NCBI RefSeq assembly: GCF_022539665.2
Contig: NC_081334.1
Location: 992,001 to 1,056,000 of the forward strand
Length of the DNA: 64,000 nt
From: Daphnia carinata
Taxonomy: Eukaryota
Direction: 5' to 3'
Positions 63,001 to 64,000 of this stretch are shown here, one piece after another. Both the position numbers and the translations under genes were made by a program. The stretch's first letter is position 1. Every line of letters starts with the position of its first letter. The notes beneath the pieces were generated by a model. It did not search any database. It saw only the letters and a list, made by a program, of their open reading frames with translations, and was not told where the DNA came from.

Positions 63001-64000
63001 GAGCGCACCCACGGAAAACGAACACAACGAAACGTACAAACAAAATCACACATCAACTCGAAAAAAAAAAAAAAATAATTGAAAGATAAAACGTGCAAAA
63101 TCCGATCGATATTTCTGTAGATCCAGCGAAGATCCTAGTTGGCAAGTGCAATTGTTTTTGAGCAGGAGGGAATGGGGGAGTAGATAAGAGGAGTAGGATG
63201 TAGAATTTAAAAAAAGAAAATACAAAAAAAACAAAAAAAACCGCGTGTTTATAAGTAAACCGGTGGATCCACCTACAATGGCTGTTCGAGTGTTGAGCTG
63301 GTCCTTGGCCAGAAGAAGAAGTTTGTGTCGCCGAAGTGGGAGTTGCAGTGGTTTTAGGTTGGTGCAATGGCTCTACTTCATCATCGAGGGCCGGTAGCGA
63401 GAGATTATGCGTGGCGGCGCCGGCAAGGCGCCTCCCCACCGAATCCCACCCTCGGCTGATCGTCTCCAGCCCGTCGTCCAGTATAACTACACGTGACACA
63501 CACGACCGTTATACAAATACAAACTTTTCGTCGTTTTTCTTTGGAAAGAAAAAAGACCACGGAAAACACATACGACCAATACTAAAACGAGAAAAATATG
63601 TGGACACCCATTTCGTCGTCGCCCCCTGGATTACAACATTTTCAACTTTCACACATCTCCCAATTTAGATGCGTGTTCCCAAACAAACGAAACCCGACAA
63701 ACAGCTCTAAACTTTGGGGGGAAAAAAACGGGATGGAAACTGTTTAAAACGGACAATAACCCCGCAACATAAACAACAAGGGCATGAACTGAATGCCCGA
63801 TGAAATAAGCCATTTTTTGTTGTTGTTGTTGTTTGATGACAGTGTTAATCAAGTCCCAAACAGTTAAAGTCATCCGTCAGTGTGTGTTTTTCTTTTGAAA
63901 ACACACAGCAATGTCCATCTTTGAAACCAAGTCTTTGGTGCTCCCATTATCCCAGTCGTTGTGAATTTTTTTTGCTCGGGCCAACGAAATGTTGTCGTCT
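57078..64000 (-). CDS. Npc1: NPC1-family sterol transporter, 5'-partial (N-terminal domain beyond right edge)
   Basis: Many exons: [53 protein letters not shown], sterol-sensing domain [93 protein letters not shown]. The terminal exon 57274-57078 ends SHPPS*. Confidence 0.96.

Overview
Eukaryotic, intron-rich, AT-rich arthropod DNA. The 55-80 nt introns, TCAGT-type initiators and long homopolymer tracts suggest a Daphnia-like crustacean (inference). Bases 1-32 kb are mostly non-coding and hold the 5' exons of a minus-strand SLC16/monocarboxylate-transporter gene whose large intron appears to run off the left edge. Bases 32.5-45 kb are a rearranged accessory block. It contains a foldback/MITE-like repeat family and an intact pyridoxal kinase gene head-to-head with a 67-aa Cys-rich ORF. 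It also contains a 4.95-kb palindrome: ~2.2-kb arms carrying a decayed spliced gene and a dense hairpin array, around a 533-bp loop with three tRNA-like cassettes. A second copy of the PDXK/Cys-ORF pair follows, in which PDXK is broken. Bases 46-64 kb are gene-dense: a 4-exon secreted 6-Cys peptide gene missed by the ORF track, ALDH8A1-like, TMEM268-like, Rab8 (candidate 3-nt microexon) and the 3' part of an NPC1-family gene (candidate alternative tail exons). All gene models were assembled by eye; no database searches were run.
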